From NCBI GenBank assembly GCA_964016885.1, contig OZ024743.1:55118001-55182000 (forward strand): a DNA stretch of 64,000 nucleotides, given 5' to 3'. This DNA comes from Eledone cirrhosa. Taxonomy: Eukaryota. The notes beneath the pieces were generated by a model that saw nothing but the letters and a program-made list of their open reading frames with translations, was not told where the DNA came from and did no database searches. Within the stretch, counting starts at the first letter, position 1, and each line of letters opens with the position of its first letter. The position numbers and the translations under genes were made by a program. This document shows positions 43,770 to 58,275 of this stretch, piece after piece.

Positions 43770-44737
43770 CTTAATGGATTGTAACCATACATTATTGTTG
43801 GTTCAGTAGCTTCAGCACTCGATGCATAGGTGGGTCAGTTTAAGTATAGTACGCGGTGTTATACGTTTAGTGTCATACTATGGTCGGTTTCCTTCATAAG
43901 AAGAATGCAATATTGATAATAAATAGGAAGTGTCAAAGTATCAGTTCAACGTTCGAACTGTATTGATGGGTCCCGACTTTGGAATCAATTGTTCATCAGA
44001 CTCTTGGTTTCTTTAACTTAATGATGATACTTTGACATCTCAATCCTACTTATTAATATATATATAGGTGAATTGGCAGTATCGGTAGAGGGTGGTACGC
44101 CATGCTTTCTGGCATAGTTACATCCCTTTACAGTCTGAGTTCAAATCCCGCCGAGGTTAACTTTGCCTTTCATCCTTACGGGGTCGATAAAATAAAGTAC
44201 CAGTAATGTACTGGGTAATTGCTGGCCTTGTGCCTAAAGTCGAAACAATTAATATATATATATATATATAATAAGTAACCTTTTCATATTCATAGCTGGG
44301 CTTTCAAAATGTTTATTTATCAAACATACGAAATTCACATACATTTATGCATACAGCGATTCAGAAAATAAATTTTAATATAAATATATATACAGGGGCC
44401 GGCCGTCGAAGAAACAACACCACGCGTTCGCCCCCCCCCCCCCCCACCCCTGTATAATAAAAAGAAAATCTATTTCGGGGAAATTATTGGATTTTTCCAA
44501 ATTTAAAGGTTTCTTAGGAACTTTCAATGTTTATTTTAGGTTTTACCGTCTGAAGAGCTCAGTGTATCATAACTAATAGTCCTCTATGAAATATGTATGA
44601 CGGAGTTTTAAGTAACCTTGAATCAACTGAATATGGCTTCCGATCTTTTATTAATATATATATTAATATTATATATACATATATATAAATATATATCTAT
44701 ATATACATCTATATATGTATCTAGGACGATAAAATGC

Positions 44738-45082
44738 CTAAGATCCATGGACGAGTTCTCTCCAGCGATCTCTGTCCCTCATCATTGTTGCCATATCCTG
44801 CATCTCCAAGAGACCGGTGTCTGTCCTTAGGGCATCAACATATGTCAACCTCGGTCTCCCTCTTTTAGTGTGTCCGTGCATGGGTTCCCACAGGCGCACT
44901 GGGTGCAGTGTCAACTCTGGATGTCGTTGAGCATGTCCAGCTAGCCTCAGTCTCCTCTGTGCTAGTTTCGAGCTGACTTTTGGGAGGCTCCCGTACAGCT
45001 CTGAGTTCTTCATCCTTAGTGTATGCTGATTAATGTTCAGAGCCATCCTCAGCATTCTCGTGTAACACCCATCCACCATCTG
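44738..45082 (-). mobile_element. RTE-like LINE 3' end (same family as 48976-49405)
   Basis: DGCYTRMLRMALNI...RRLRLAGHAQRHPE...[11 protein letters not shown]. Confidence 0.85.
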
Positions 45083-45352
45083 ATTGTGTAATAAATAGAT
45101 GTATACAACAACACGTCCCACGGTTTGATTGCTCTTTTAACATTGGGTATACTTTACCAAATTACACACATACACACACACACAGATACACACACATACA
45201 TACACACACACGCAAATGCACACAAACACAGACAGACACACACACAAACACACATAAACACACACACACACTCACTCACGCACAAACAAACACACACACA
45301 CACACACACAGTCACGCACACACTAACATAAACACACACATATATACGGGAA

Positions 45353-45430
45353 TCGACTGGAAAATTCATAGGCGGACCAAGATACTCTCATGGAAGGACA
45401 AAATGAGATTTATTTTTAAACGTAGTTTCT
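45353..45430 (+). mobile_element. Mariner-like TIR fragment
   Basis: TACGGGAATCGACTGGAAAATTCATAGGCGGACCAAG resembles mariner TACGAGGG...AAAAGTT termini. Confidence 0.45.
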
Positions 45431-45547
45431 GGAAAGAAACAAAGCAGGTTTTAATAAGAAGAGTTGAAATTAATGCATGCAAGATTTCATTGCCTTCTCT
45501 CTCTCTATATATATACATACATACAAATATATATATATATATATATA

Positions 45548-46011
45548 TGCAAAAGTTTTATTTAAAATTGTTGGGTTACAACGAGTAAATATTTTATAAC
45601 TGATATAAAAGCACTCAACAAATTTTGGAGTATTTTACGATATTAAACAAATGGAAACTACATTTATAAAACCATATTTATTTCATTATATATATTTCAG
45701 GGATATCATATTAAAAATATGGTATGCCCTCTTCAGACAAAATACAATATATAAACAGTTTTATAAATAAATTTGACATACCTTAAAAAAATTTACAACT
45801 TCCATTTAAAAAGTTGTTATGGTACCATAACAACTTTTTAAATGGAAGTTGTAAAATTTTTTAAGGTATGTCAGATTTATTTATAAAACTGTTTATATAT
45901 TGTATTTTGTCTGAAGAGGGCATACCATATTTTTAATATGATATCCCTGAAATATATATAATGAAATAAATATGGTTTTATAAATGTAGTTTCCATTTGT
46001 TTAATATCGTA
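45548..46011. mobile_element. Fold-back PLE-type terminus (family H2): 376-bp near-perfect palindrome 45636-46011 plus a longer left arm
   Basis: Axis GGT|ACC at 45823/45824, about 2 mismatches; (TA)n flanks. Confidence 0.88.
45903..45968 (+). ncRNA. Type I hammerhead motif (mirror on minus strand at 45679-45744)
   Basis: TATTTTGT-CTGAAGA-GGGCATACC...ATATCCCT-GAAA-TATATA-TA-ATGAAATA. Confidence 0.7.
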
Positions 46012-46190
46012 TATATATATATATATATATATATCGAGGTGGAGTTCCGATTTTAGGAATATGATTGGGACTACATGGATGAGGAAACCACGATCCAGAG
46101 AGGAATGGACGGCGTGCTGTGACCAGCGGCGCCGAATGGACGCCCGACAGACTGGTCGGTCAAGGTGATATACATACATATATATATATC

Positions 46191-46231
<41 letters not shown>

Positions 46232-46668
46232 CATACAAATATATATCGTATATACATATATATAATCATATCTCATTTTGTTTGACCCGTTTAGCTTGTT
46301 CGCTTTTTTGGCTATGGTGGCTATGGCTTCTTAACCATCGCCTCAGCGTGTATGACCATTTTTACTTGTGTTTATAACTCTGCTATCCTCTTCATATGCA
46401 TGGAGCGCTTGTCTGCACAAAATGGAAGTTGCGATTCGCTAATTTCTACCCGCCGAAATGCGATTCTCGCCAAATTTATATTTATATATATATATATATT
46501 TATTAAAATAACAGATTAAAGTTTAAGCAAAGAATCGCTGCTAACACTTAACGGGATCTTAATCTGTTATTTTAATAAATATTTGCTCTACGGTTCTTAT
46601 ATATTTGATATATATTTATACTTATCGAGCCCTCTTTGGATTTTAGTCTTCAAATTTATTATTATTAC

Positions 46669-46725
<57 letters not shown>

Positions 46726-47564
46726 GTGTGTGCGCGCGCGCGCGCGTGTTGGAAATGTATAGGATATTTAGATTTTAAACAAAGAGATCCTCTTCTATCA
46801 CACTCTCTCTCTTAATTTCTCTCTTCCTCTTACTTTTTATCTCCTTCTCTCTCTCACTCCGTTTCTTCAGCTCTCTTCCATCTCTCTGCCTCGTTATCTT
46901 TTCACTCCTCTTCCTCTCTTGCTCTTGGTTTGACCATACTACGTTCATTATTTTATTTTATTCATATATAATCCTAATAATGTCGTCATAGATTGGTCGT
47001 TTAGCCGCCAATCCTGGCACATCTACAGCCATTCATCATAGGTTTCTGACAAGAACAATAGTGCAGGTCAGAGACCAAATACACCTGGGGCCCTTACCAT
47101 TGTCTTGCCGCCTGTAATTTGGCTAATCATAGTTCTAGTGCTAATTCTCTCTAGACATTCGGAAACAATGTACACTTAGCAAGACATTCAAATTAGTTTC
47201 TTACTTCCCTTCCTTTCCTTCTCGAATCTTTAGTTTCACTCCATTTACATATTCTTCCGTCCAGCATGCGTCGAAGAAAAGTTATTTTATCAATTTATTT
47301 GTTCGTTATCTTGTTTGTGTCAGTCATATTTGTGTTCGTCCGACCCTCTAGCGATGCTGCCAATCCTCCACTACTTTATCAAATAATTGTTTCTACAATC
47401 TCGGGGGTTACGTTCCTAGAGTAACCACGAAGAATGCAAAACCGCGAATATTGGACGTGGTCCATAAAAATGCCTATAAACGCCAAATTATAACGTAAAA
47501 AATAAAAAAAAAATGTGGAAGCTTTCTCATGTGAAGGCGCGATACGGTATATGTTTATTAATAA

Positions 47565-48115
47565 CTAGCAGTGGTAGCCGGCGTTGCACAGGATAAGGTA
47601 TTTTGGAACGCGGGCCGCCAACAGACCTAATCGTGGAAAAACTGCATGCCTGTCAATATGTAAAGAAAATAAACCGAAAACTCTGACGGCTGGATAATCT
47701 TTAAGATTTTCTTCGATGAAGGAGGAAAAATGCAGGTTTTCACCTAGGGGGTCATAAAATAATTTTTTTTTATGTGCCTAGTATGCCTTGAAATAGACGT
47801 AACGCCTCCAAAAAGTCCTAAAAAGCTAAAAAAAATGAAGTTTTTCACCTAATGCGGGCCCTAGGCCATAAAAAAGTTGGATTATCTTTGCTCACGGTAT
47901 GAAGAAGAGACTCACTAATACATAGTTACAATTTCAAGGAAGTCGGTCTGAAGTAACGCCTCAAAAAACCCCCTAAAATGTATAAAAAACGCAGTTTTTC
48001 ACCTAATGAAAAAAGTTGAATTTTTTATGTGCATAACAATCCCTGAAACATAAGTAATACACATGTAAAGTTTGAAAAAAATCGGTTGGGTACTTCTCGA
48101 GTTTTAGGGATTGAA
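47565..48115 (-). mobile_element. Helitron-like element (homolog of 6130-6749), truncated at the LINE junction
   Basis: A|CTAGCAGTGGTAGCCGGCGTTGCACAGG 3' end; body matches 6175-6749. Confidence 0.8.
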
Positions 48116-49410
48116 ACCCCAGGCTTTGCTCTTCCTCTCGACAACATCATCTTCTGTATTCCCAATCTTTGCTCCCAAATACAGGAAGTCCTCAACCAAT
48201 TCTAGCGGCTTCCCACCTACATTAGTAATCTTCTTTGGCTTCTTAATATTCTCTCCCAGATAGTTCGTCTTAATCTCATTAATTATCAGCCCCACACACA
48301 TCGACACAGTCTCCACCTCCTGCATCAACTCCTCTGCCTCCTTCACTGTGTTTGTCACCAGAACTATGTCGATCGCAAATTCAGCATCTGATATCTTTTT
48401 CGCCTTAACTATCTCCTGCTCTGAGCCAGTGTTACAGTAAAGCCAGAGTCCTGGTGTTTCTCCAGCGCAAGGCACATACAATAGTCCACTGCGATGATAA
48501 AAAGATAGGGAGCCAATGTATCTCCCTGCGCACTCCAACCAGTATCTCAAAGAACTCCGTCATCCCATCAGGTGTAATGACTTGGGCTTTGGTGTTGGTG
48601 TAGAGCAGTGTTATCCGGTCACTATCTTCTTGGGGATTCCATAAACCTGTAAGATCCTCATCAGGCAGTGACGGTCCGCAGAATCAAAGGCTTTCCTAAA
48701 GTCAATGAAAACCATGACTGCTGGAAGGCACTTTATTCTAGCTTCCTCTAATATCCTTCTCAGCATCAGGATGTGACTGGTGGTTGATCTTCCCTCTCTG
48801 AAGCCGTTCTGGTTGTCCCTGAGCTTCTTCTCCATCTCGGGCTGGATCCTGTTAAGAATCATTCTGTTGAGGATCTTTGCCATAAGTGACGTTGGTGAGA
48901 TCCCCCTGTAGTTGTTGGTGTTAGAGAGATCTCCCTTCTTTGGCACAGGGGCGATGTTACTGATCCTCCACTGATTCGAACTGAAGATCCGTCTCTTCGT
49001 TGCTGTAGTGGAGTATGTGCTGCTGTACGGGTCTGAGACTTGGACACTGACCAAAAAACTCACTCAGATAGTGGATTGGTGCTACACGAGAATGCTGAGG
49101 ATGGCTCTGAACATTAATCAGTATACACTGAGGATGAAGAACTCAGAGCTGAACGAGAGCGTCCCAAAAGTCTGCTCGAAAGTACCACAGAGGTGACTGA
49201 GGTTAGCTGGATATGCTCACCGACATCCAGAGTTGACACTACACTCAGTGCTCTTGTGGGAGCCCCTGCATGGACACACTGGAAGAGGAAGACCGAGGTT
49301 GACATATGTTGATGCCCTAAGGACAGACACTGGTCTCTTGGAGACGCGGGACATGGCAGCGATGATGAGGGACAGAGATCGCTGGAGAGAACTCGTCCAT
49401 GGATCTCGGG
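48116..49410. mobile_element. RTE-like LINE with 5' inversion (RT on minus 48116-48975; 3' end on plus 48976-49410)
   Basis: Minus: PVPKKGDLSNTNNYRGIS, QNGFREGRST, FIDFRKAFDS, FLYLGA...KAW. Plus: LKIRLF...LLYGSETW...GRPRLTY. Confidence 0.9.
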
Positions 49411-49421
49411 AATTTTAACGG

Positions 49422-49494
<73 letters not shown>

Positions 49495-49503
49495 CATACA
49501 CAC

Positions 49504-49557
<54 letters not shown>

Positions 49558-50421
49558 CAAAGATGGTGTGATAAGATAGCAGGTGGACCATAATGCACCA
49601 GAGTACTCGATACTTAGGGTAGTAGGGTAATAGACTGAGCCTCCGCCGTTTCGACAGCTAGAGCTGTACTATAAACAATACTATAAAACAGTAAAGTGCC
49701 ATTACATCAATACAGTTATGTTGAGATATCTTCTTAGTACTTTACTGTGTCCGCTCAAAAAATAACACCACCCCAACCTAGGCACAGTGCCTGTCACTCT
49801 CTCCTCATTCTCCTTTCTTTCTGCCCAATGTTCCTTGCTCTTCACCACCTTTTCTTCACATTTATTGCATTTATAGTCCTGTCCTCTGCTTTTTTATCCA
49901 GCCAGATCTGCCATTCTTTACCATTTTCGGTTTTTTTTTTATTACTTAACTTTGTTTTTATCTTTTTTTATAAATATCTCCACCATTGTATAACTTCTGT
50001 ATGTAAAATATAGTTGACATAATATGTTTATGTATAACAGATATCAAAATAAATTAATGGCTCTTTACAAAATAAAGAAATATCACAACAGTCTTTTGAT
50101 ATTTTAGTGCTAATATACTTTTAAAAAAAGTAGTAAAGTATTATGAAGAAAGTGCAATCACCTTTAACATCAGGCTTCCTACTTGAACAGTTTATACAAT
50201 GATGTGTTTAATGCTGTTTCGATAGAACTGCCAGTTTCTGTTGAAATTAACATCTTCACCGAACTTCGCATTTTTCTTATTCAATATATACTTTGTCATT
50301 GACTGACAAATCACATTTGGAAGAAAATACATGACGTTGAGAGCTTAGATTGAATTATATCATTATTTACCGATTGGTGTGTTGCATATGCAACCCCAAT
50401 CAGTCAAGATATGTACTGCAC

Positions 50422-50467
<46 letters not shown>

Positions 50468-50639
50468 TAAAATTCTAAGCATTCTATCCTCGGAAATAGC
50501 AGTAAATCAGCCAGCAGTTAGGATGTTCGGGCTTCCCATTTGTACTACGATTTAAAGAATGTATACAGTGGTGTGTTTAATTCTGTTTCAACTGTAAAAT
50601 TAACATTCAAAAACAGAAAATGCTTAATTCTTAATGTCC

Positions 50640-51140
50640 TGTACCGCATAAAACAACATTAACAAACGGGTGTTGTTAGAGGCCACGAGGATTTCATCTG
50701 AGAGAAAAGGATGTGATAACTTGAATGCATCCACTTTTCTATCTGATATATTTAAAGTTTCCTTCATTGGCATGTTTTTCCTGCTCCTTGGATAACAGCA
50801 AGTAGATCCGATAGAAAGAATGACTTTCTGGAGCTTGCAATCATCTGCAAAGATTCTTATTTTTCTGTGCTTGATGACGTCGATAATGTCATTGGAATAA
50901 ATAATAAAGAGAATTGGACCCAACACACTACCTTGTGGGACGCCACTACTGACTTTGGCTGAGCTTTATTGTACTCCCTCCACTATAACATGGGCTCTGT
51001 TTGTCAAGAAAAACTTAGTCTATTGTAGTAACTTTTCAGGGACACCAATGTTGGATAGTTTTTTTCAACAGGCTGTTGTTATCAATTGTCAAAGGCCTTG
51101 TTGAAATCAAGGTCTATGATATCAATGTTGGAGGCCTTGC
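50640..51140 (-). mobile_element. CR1/L2-like LINE RT fragment
   Basis: SGVPQGSVLGPILFIIYSNDI...IFADDCKL; DFNKAFD upstream. Confidence 0.85.
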
Positions 51141-51256
51141 TTAAAGCTAAATCTCTCTATATGATAGATATAGATCTCTATATATAATATATATGTATAT
51201 CAAATATGTATGTATGTATATATATTTATGTACATATAATATATATATATAATCTC

Positions 51257-51310
<54 letters not shown>

Positions 51311-51495
51311 CTTTTGTCAAATCGGACCAGTCTTTCCAATTGGTAATACTATCTATTGGGTAATACACTACAGGTAGAAGGAGCAACATGAAATAAAGTG
51401 TCTTGCTCAAAGACATAACGCATCTCCCGGTCCAGAATTAGAACTCACAACCTCACGATTGCGAATCCAATTCTCTAACCACTCAGCCACGCGCC

Positions 51496-51561
<66 letters not shown>

Positions 51562-52619
51562 CATATATATATATATACGATGATCGAAGCAAAGAGGTCA
51601 GGTTTAAACACAAATCATCTTATGAACGGAAGAGCGGTTAGATAAGAAGAGAGTGGGGGCGAAGGAATAGAGCGTATGGCATGTGATGAGAGATGGGACA
51701 GAGATAGAGACAGACGAAAATAAAGAATGAATGATAGAGCATACATTTTGACATATATGTGAATAGAAATATTCACACTCTGATGGGATGGCTCCAAACC
51801 ATTTCGTATCAACTATATATATAGTTGTACCTGTATTTAGTAAAGGATTCCGTAATTTCATCTACATTATTCTCTTGCTGTAGTACGCAAGAGCTATTGG
51901 AGAGCGAGAAGCCATCGAAGATCACATTCAAATAATGAATTGTCATACACAACTAATAAATGTTAATTGTTAACAATCTTGAGTTCAGCATAGAACAAAC
52001 ATTATACTACACAGCTAAACAGAATATCGTTTCTTACCAGAAACATCTTCTCATTCATGTGCATATATATCAAAATGTTTATTGCTTTAGTCGATTAAAT
52101 AGACAAGAGGCAAGTGAAAAGTGGTTCAATTATGTCGAAACACTGACCTCTCTGTCCGTTTGTCTCTATTAATAATGTTCACTTCACACTGATCAGGAAA
52201 TTAATACTTATTAGGCGCTACTAATTTTCCACATCTTCTAACAATGACTAATGTTTATACTCACTGTTCAAACATTTCTAATTTCTGGTTTATGTACGAA
52301 CTCTGTCATCTTATCACTGTCGTTAGGATTAAGAATGGTAATTAACCAACTGATATCGACATGAACGCTCAAAACATTTTGTTTCCCAGCCCTTCAAGCC
52401 ATATTTTGTTACATTTGTTTTAATTTTTCTTCTTTAATTTCCTATTTGGAATTTTAGATGTAAGATCAAATCCCATATCAGCTTTGTTTTCATTCATATT
52501 TGGTATAAATTAATAAAAAGGGGTTTTGTATCGAAATCGCTTCTTTTTCGAAATGACTACAAATATTGCAAAGGATTAAATGTTACGTGATGAACTAAAC
52601 CCAGCATATTGGGATCGAT

Positions 52620-53730
52620 CGTGCTGTCAAATCCGGCAAAATGCATTAGTGGTGGGCCTACTCCTCTTCATTAATGATATTACATAGTAAATATGACCAA
52701 ACATGGCAAGCTAAAACGATATTGCTACAAGTTTAGTTTAGGAAAGCGTACATGCCTTCAGTATGTTCCACATACCCGGATTTAATGGGCGCAAAAACAC
52801 ATAATAGTCTGTTAAACAGGGAAAAATTTTGAGGTAATACATTTTGGAAAACAGGATTTACTTAAAAAGCTTAATATCTTCTGTCGGGAGAATATCTTAT
52901 GGCATCAAATACTATCAGAGATTTAGGTGTATTTATCACCAACGACCTAAGCTAGAGCAATGCCATCAACAATAAGGATTTTTCGTATAGGCATAAGGCC
53001 GGCAATTTTTCTGGGGGGGGAATTGGATTAAATCGACCACAGAGCACTACTAGTGCTTTATTTTATTGACCCCGTAAGGACGAAAACCAAAGCTAACATC
53101 GGCGAGATTTGAATTGATAACGTAAAGGACCATAACTCTATGCTACAAAGCATTTGTCTGACGCTCCACCGATACTGCCAACCTGCCGCCCTTAATAATG
53201 GTTTCTGATTTAGCCAAAAGGCCAACATTTTGGGGGCGTGGAAAGTCGTTTAAATCGACCCTAGTACGTTACTGGTACGTTATTTTATCGAACTCGTAAG
53301 GGTGAAAAAGCAAAGCTAACCTCGGTGGGATTTGAATTGAGAACGCAAAGGGCCATAACTCTATGCCGCGAAGCATGTCTCTGACGCTCTACCGATACTT
53401 CCAATCCAAGAATAATGTGAACATAGCTGGCAGGATGTGTGCGTGGATCCTTAGAACTTTCCAATCTAGGGATCCGTATACTTCCCTTCTTTACCTTTGT
53501 CAGGCTCTTGTTTGAGTACTGTTTCTCGCTCTACTCTTCCCCTGTGAAACAAAGTATTATGAAAATTGAAGCACCCACTGATATTAATTACTACAAGAAA
53601 ATAGATGGCATGACAGGTCATGATTACTGAAGTCGACTTGACAATCTGTTCTTCTCCACCATCAGCGCTACATCCTTTGTAGAATGTGGGAAATATACTA
53701 TCAATCTCGCCAAATGATGTTGGCAACTTT
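52620..53730 (+). mobile_element. Decayed CR1-like LINE interrupted by two tandem family A SINEs (52975-53410, minus strand)
   Basis: VVGLLLFINDI, RDLGVFITNDLS and FVRLLFEYC remnants. Confidence 0.55.
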
Positions 53731-54504
53731 TGTGAAAATAACCAAGGCTCAGTCTATATTCACGGGTCATCCCCCTAGCATATTAATTTTTCAGATTTTT
53801 TCCAACTCCTCCTTTTATTTCACTCCACCCCCGCTCATTAAATTTTGTTAATCTATCTCTGGCGAAATTTTATTTATGTGGTAGCCTGCCTGCCACAATT
53901 AATTTTCTTTATACATTAAAAAACATTATACATGAGAATAAAAGTACATTACTAAAAATCCCATATGTTATAAAATAAATAGGATGCGTTGGGGTTTCAA
54001 TATGTCAACTAAAACACTAATTCTGTTGTGTTTTTTTAAATCAACGGAGACAACCTAGAAAAATTACAGATTTTCATTCCACCCCCTCCCACCCTCCGCT
54101 TGTTTCAACTTCCTCTCTATTATTTGGGACCCGAGAGTACGTTCCCAAGAAGAATCGAGCTCACATCGCATAACCCAATTAAAATGGACTTTCGCCGGTT
54201 TCGACGACGAGCGTTCCAGTTCTTCGATCAACAGAACAGCTTGCTCATTCAGTAAATCTTTATTATCTCATACTATTTTTAATATCTCATTTAAACTCCA
54301 CCCAATTCTCCCTCCAATAGTTACATCTCTCTCCTACTTAACATTATGTAAGTGGGAGAGCATTTCATAGCCACGTGTAACAAAGTAATTCCCGGGGAGA
54401 TTTGCCGAAACAAAATTGGCCCTTTGAATTATATGTATAATCTATCGCTAGCATGTGTTAGACGAGTTGTCCTGTTGTGGGCAATGCCAGGTCAGGTCAC
54501 CATG

Positions 54505-54895
54505 TCTTGCTCATACAACAACCCTGAGTACCTTTTTGATTTCCATGTGTCTAACACACGTGGGCATGCCCTCAAAGTCAGAAAACGGCACAGCTCCCAT
54601 GACTTTCGGAAACATTTTTTCACGCTCAGAGTTGCTGAAGCATGGAACAAACTACCTGCATCAGTTATTAGCTGTCGAAACACTGCATCCTTTAAAACTT
54701 CCATGCTTCCTGAGATCTGCCAACACTACACCTAATATTCCCTCTCCATATATGCATACACACATGTATATCATGACTCATGCACTATTCACTTCTCTGA
54801 CATTTGTATATTATTCTATGTACTATACAAGCACCTTTAACGAGTTGTGGAGCACCTGATCACTTTACACAATAATTTCATTATTATTATTATTA
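54505..54895 (+). mobile_element. CR1-clade LINE 3' end with (ATT)n tail
   Basis: TRGHALKVRKRHSSHDFRKHFFTLRVAEAWNKLP; TTATTATTATTATT tail. Confidence 0.85.
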
Positions 54896-55500
54896 GAACT
54901 GATTCTGGCTTGATTTCTACAGTTGGATGCCCTTCCTAACATCAACAGTGAATACATCAATCACAGTGAATACAGGGTGCTTTTTATCGTGACGCCTACA
55001 CAACCACTTCTCAGTGTGGACTGGGTGCTTTTTTACCGTGACACCTACACGACTACTTTACAGTTGGAGGGGGTGTATCACTAATGTTTCGAACGCATTT
55101 GATCCACAGAAGACAGCCGATGAGCGGGAGTTGTACTTGTGTTTGTGTTTTCATTCACGTTTTCTAAATAATATTTATTGGTAACCACACAGCCCCGTTC
55201 AGTCTATTTTACTTCACACACGCGCGTACGCGCGCGCGCATATGTATATATATATATATATAAAGAGATGTCAACATGAATGGACCTGTTATTTTTATCT
55301 AAAGACATTTTTTTCAATTCCATTCTGCCCGTCTCTCCCCTCAATCTATTTTATTTCTCATTCTTTCTTCTGGTGAAGGACTAGCGTCCAAAATATTAAG
55401 ACCCTCTACCTGCTATATCAGACGTTAAGTTAATATATACCTTCCATATACTGTACCGATTGTGTTGTTATTTCTGTTTACTTTTTACATATATATATAT

Positions 55501-55810
55501 GTAGAAGTTATATTTAATTTGTTGGGATTCCAACAAACTTAAAAGTTTATAACTGATATAGAGCACTCAACAGTATACTGTAGTAAATATTCAATATATT
55601 AATAAATGGAAACTATATTTATAAAACCATAATTATTTTATTATATATATTTCAAGGGTGACCAAGCCAATTTTGGTGCGCTATTTATCAAACAAATTTA
55701 GTATTTAATCTGATGAAAGCGCACCAAGATTGGCTTGGTCGCCCTTGAAATATATATAATACAATAATTATGGTTTTATAAATATAGTTTCCATTTATTA
55801 ATATATTGTA
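55501..55810. mobile_element. Family H2 fold-back element with HHR (plus strand 55702-55766)
   Basis: Arms ~55596-55690 and 55706-55806; CTGATGA-AAGCGCACCAAG...CTTGGTCGCCCTT-GAAA-TATATA-TA. Confidence 0.8.
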
Positions 55811-55958
55811 TATATATGGTATATATATACCAAACAGTGAGTGTGTTCTGTTATTAATTCTGGCAATATTACACAAATATGACCTTCCCCAAGTATAACA
55901 ATATTTGTTTCGACACACGATTTCATATCAAAAACCTCGCAAAAGTATTTCATCGCCG

Positions 55959-56480
<522 letters not shown>

Positions 56481-57132
56481 ATATAACGGTGGATTGGCAG
56501 TATCGGTAGAGAGTCGGACGCCATGCTTTCCAGCATAGTTACGTCCCTTTACGGTCTGAGTTCAAATCCCGCCGAGGTTGACTTTGCCTTTCATCCTTAC
56601 GGGGTCGATAAAATAAAGTACCAGTAATGCACTGGGTAATTGCTGGCCTTGTGCCTAAAGTAGAAACAGTTATATATATATATATATCGAGTAATACTGT
56701 CGCTTGATTCTGAAGAAGCTATCAAGCGATTCCTGTGCTTGAAGCTTTTCTAAGCGGGGAAAGGCTTCCCATTGAGCCACTTCTACTCTCTGAACATCGA
56801 ATACATATACCCCAAAAGTAGCACTGGTCTACATCGTTCCACCCGAAAGCTCATCGGAACCATAGAGACTAATGCATCGGTCCGGGTATCTCAATTATCT
56901 TCCCCCACACGAAGTCGTCTTCTTCACTGATGAACGTATAAGTGCACTATAACCAGTTGGGTTTGAATGTTAATAATACGAACTTAATTGATTATTGAGT
57001 GAATCAAGAACCGACCGAAGCCTTGTCCTTTTTATTCGATAAGCTTCGTCATATATATATCCAGGAAGCTCCAACCGTTAAGGTTGTCTTTTTTTCCGGG
57101 TATGTCAATATTTATTTATAAAACAAATCTGT

Positions 57133-57196
57133 ATTTTATCTGATGAAAGCGCACCATAATTTGCCTTGGTTGCCCTTGAAATATGTATAATAAAAT
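57133..57196 (+). ncRNA. Family H2 hammerhead motif (element ~57100-57312)
   Basis: ATTTTAT-CTGATGA-AAGCGCACC...GGTTGCCCTT-GAAA-TATGTA-TA-ATAAAAT; 7-bp stem I. Confidence 0.72.
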
Positions 57197-57309
57197 TAAT
57201 ATGGTTTTATAAATATAGTTTCCATTTATTAATATATTGTATATTTACTCCACAAAACTGTTGAGTACTTTATATCAGTTATAAAAATGTTTAAATTAAA
57301 TATAACCTC

Positions 57310-57350
<41 letters not shown>

Positions 57351-58042
57351 CCTCCATCACTTTCTCCCTGTTTATCACAGTCCCTCGTGATATACCGCCA
57401 TCCCTGCCTTATCTCGTTTCCGCCTAAACTCTTTTCATCTCTCGTAATACCCTTTCTCTATTCTTGCATTGCTACAACCTAAATTCTCCCCCTTTTCATC
57501 ACTCACTAATTCGTCCTTCTTTCATTTTTCCCCTATCCTTACTCCCTTCTTTCGCTATCCTTACCTTCGTCTTCCTTTCTCTATCCTTACCTTCCATTTT
57601 CCTAACACTACCACGCACCATAACTGTGACCCTCAACCGACACATCTCCCTCTATATATAATTCTATTTCCCACCACATCACTCATCCTCTGTCGTCACC
57701 TCACCCCCCCCCTCTCTATCCTTACGTCCCTAACTCTCACTTCTCTAACCCTCACATCTCAGCCTCACTCACAGCCGTCAACTCCCTCCCCCCTCCGCCT
57801 CCCTCTTCCTATCACTCACTTCCTCACTCCCACCAGCCATCTCCCACTCCCACTCTCTCCTACCTCGCACTCCCACACTTTCCTCCACCGTTTCCTCTGA
57901 CGTAACACCCTCCATTGCTTCCAGTTACACGTTGTGTAGTTTAAAGTCTTGTCTTGACGTCTCCTCACTGAAATATCGCTTCTAACGACTCAACCTTTCA
58001 CCTCGTCGCCCTCACCCTGTCTGTCAATCACAGCAACACTGC

Positions 58043-58117
<75 letters not shown>

Positions 58118-58203
58118 GCATATATATATACATATCTACACATACATACATAAATACACACACACACACACCACATACACACACATATATATATATATTC
58201 ATA

Positions 58204-58275
<72 letters not shown>

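Noticed and set aside
44066-44250. tRNA gene candidates (A/B-box-like GAGTTCAAATCCC)
   Set aside because: These are SINE heads continuing into SINE body and tail; no full cloverleaf
55681-55716. TTGATAA in one arm versus CTGATGA in the other as true covariation
   Set aside because: The arms differ at other nearby positions too, so ordinary transition decay explains it equally well
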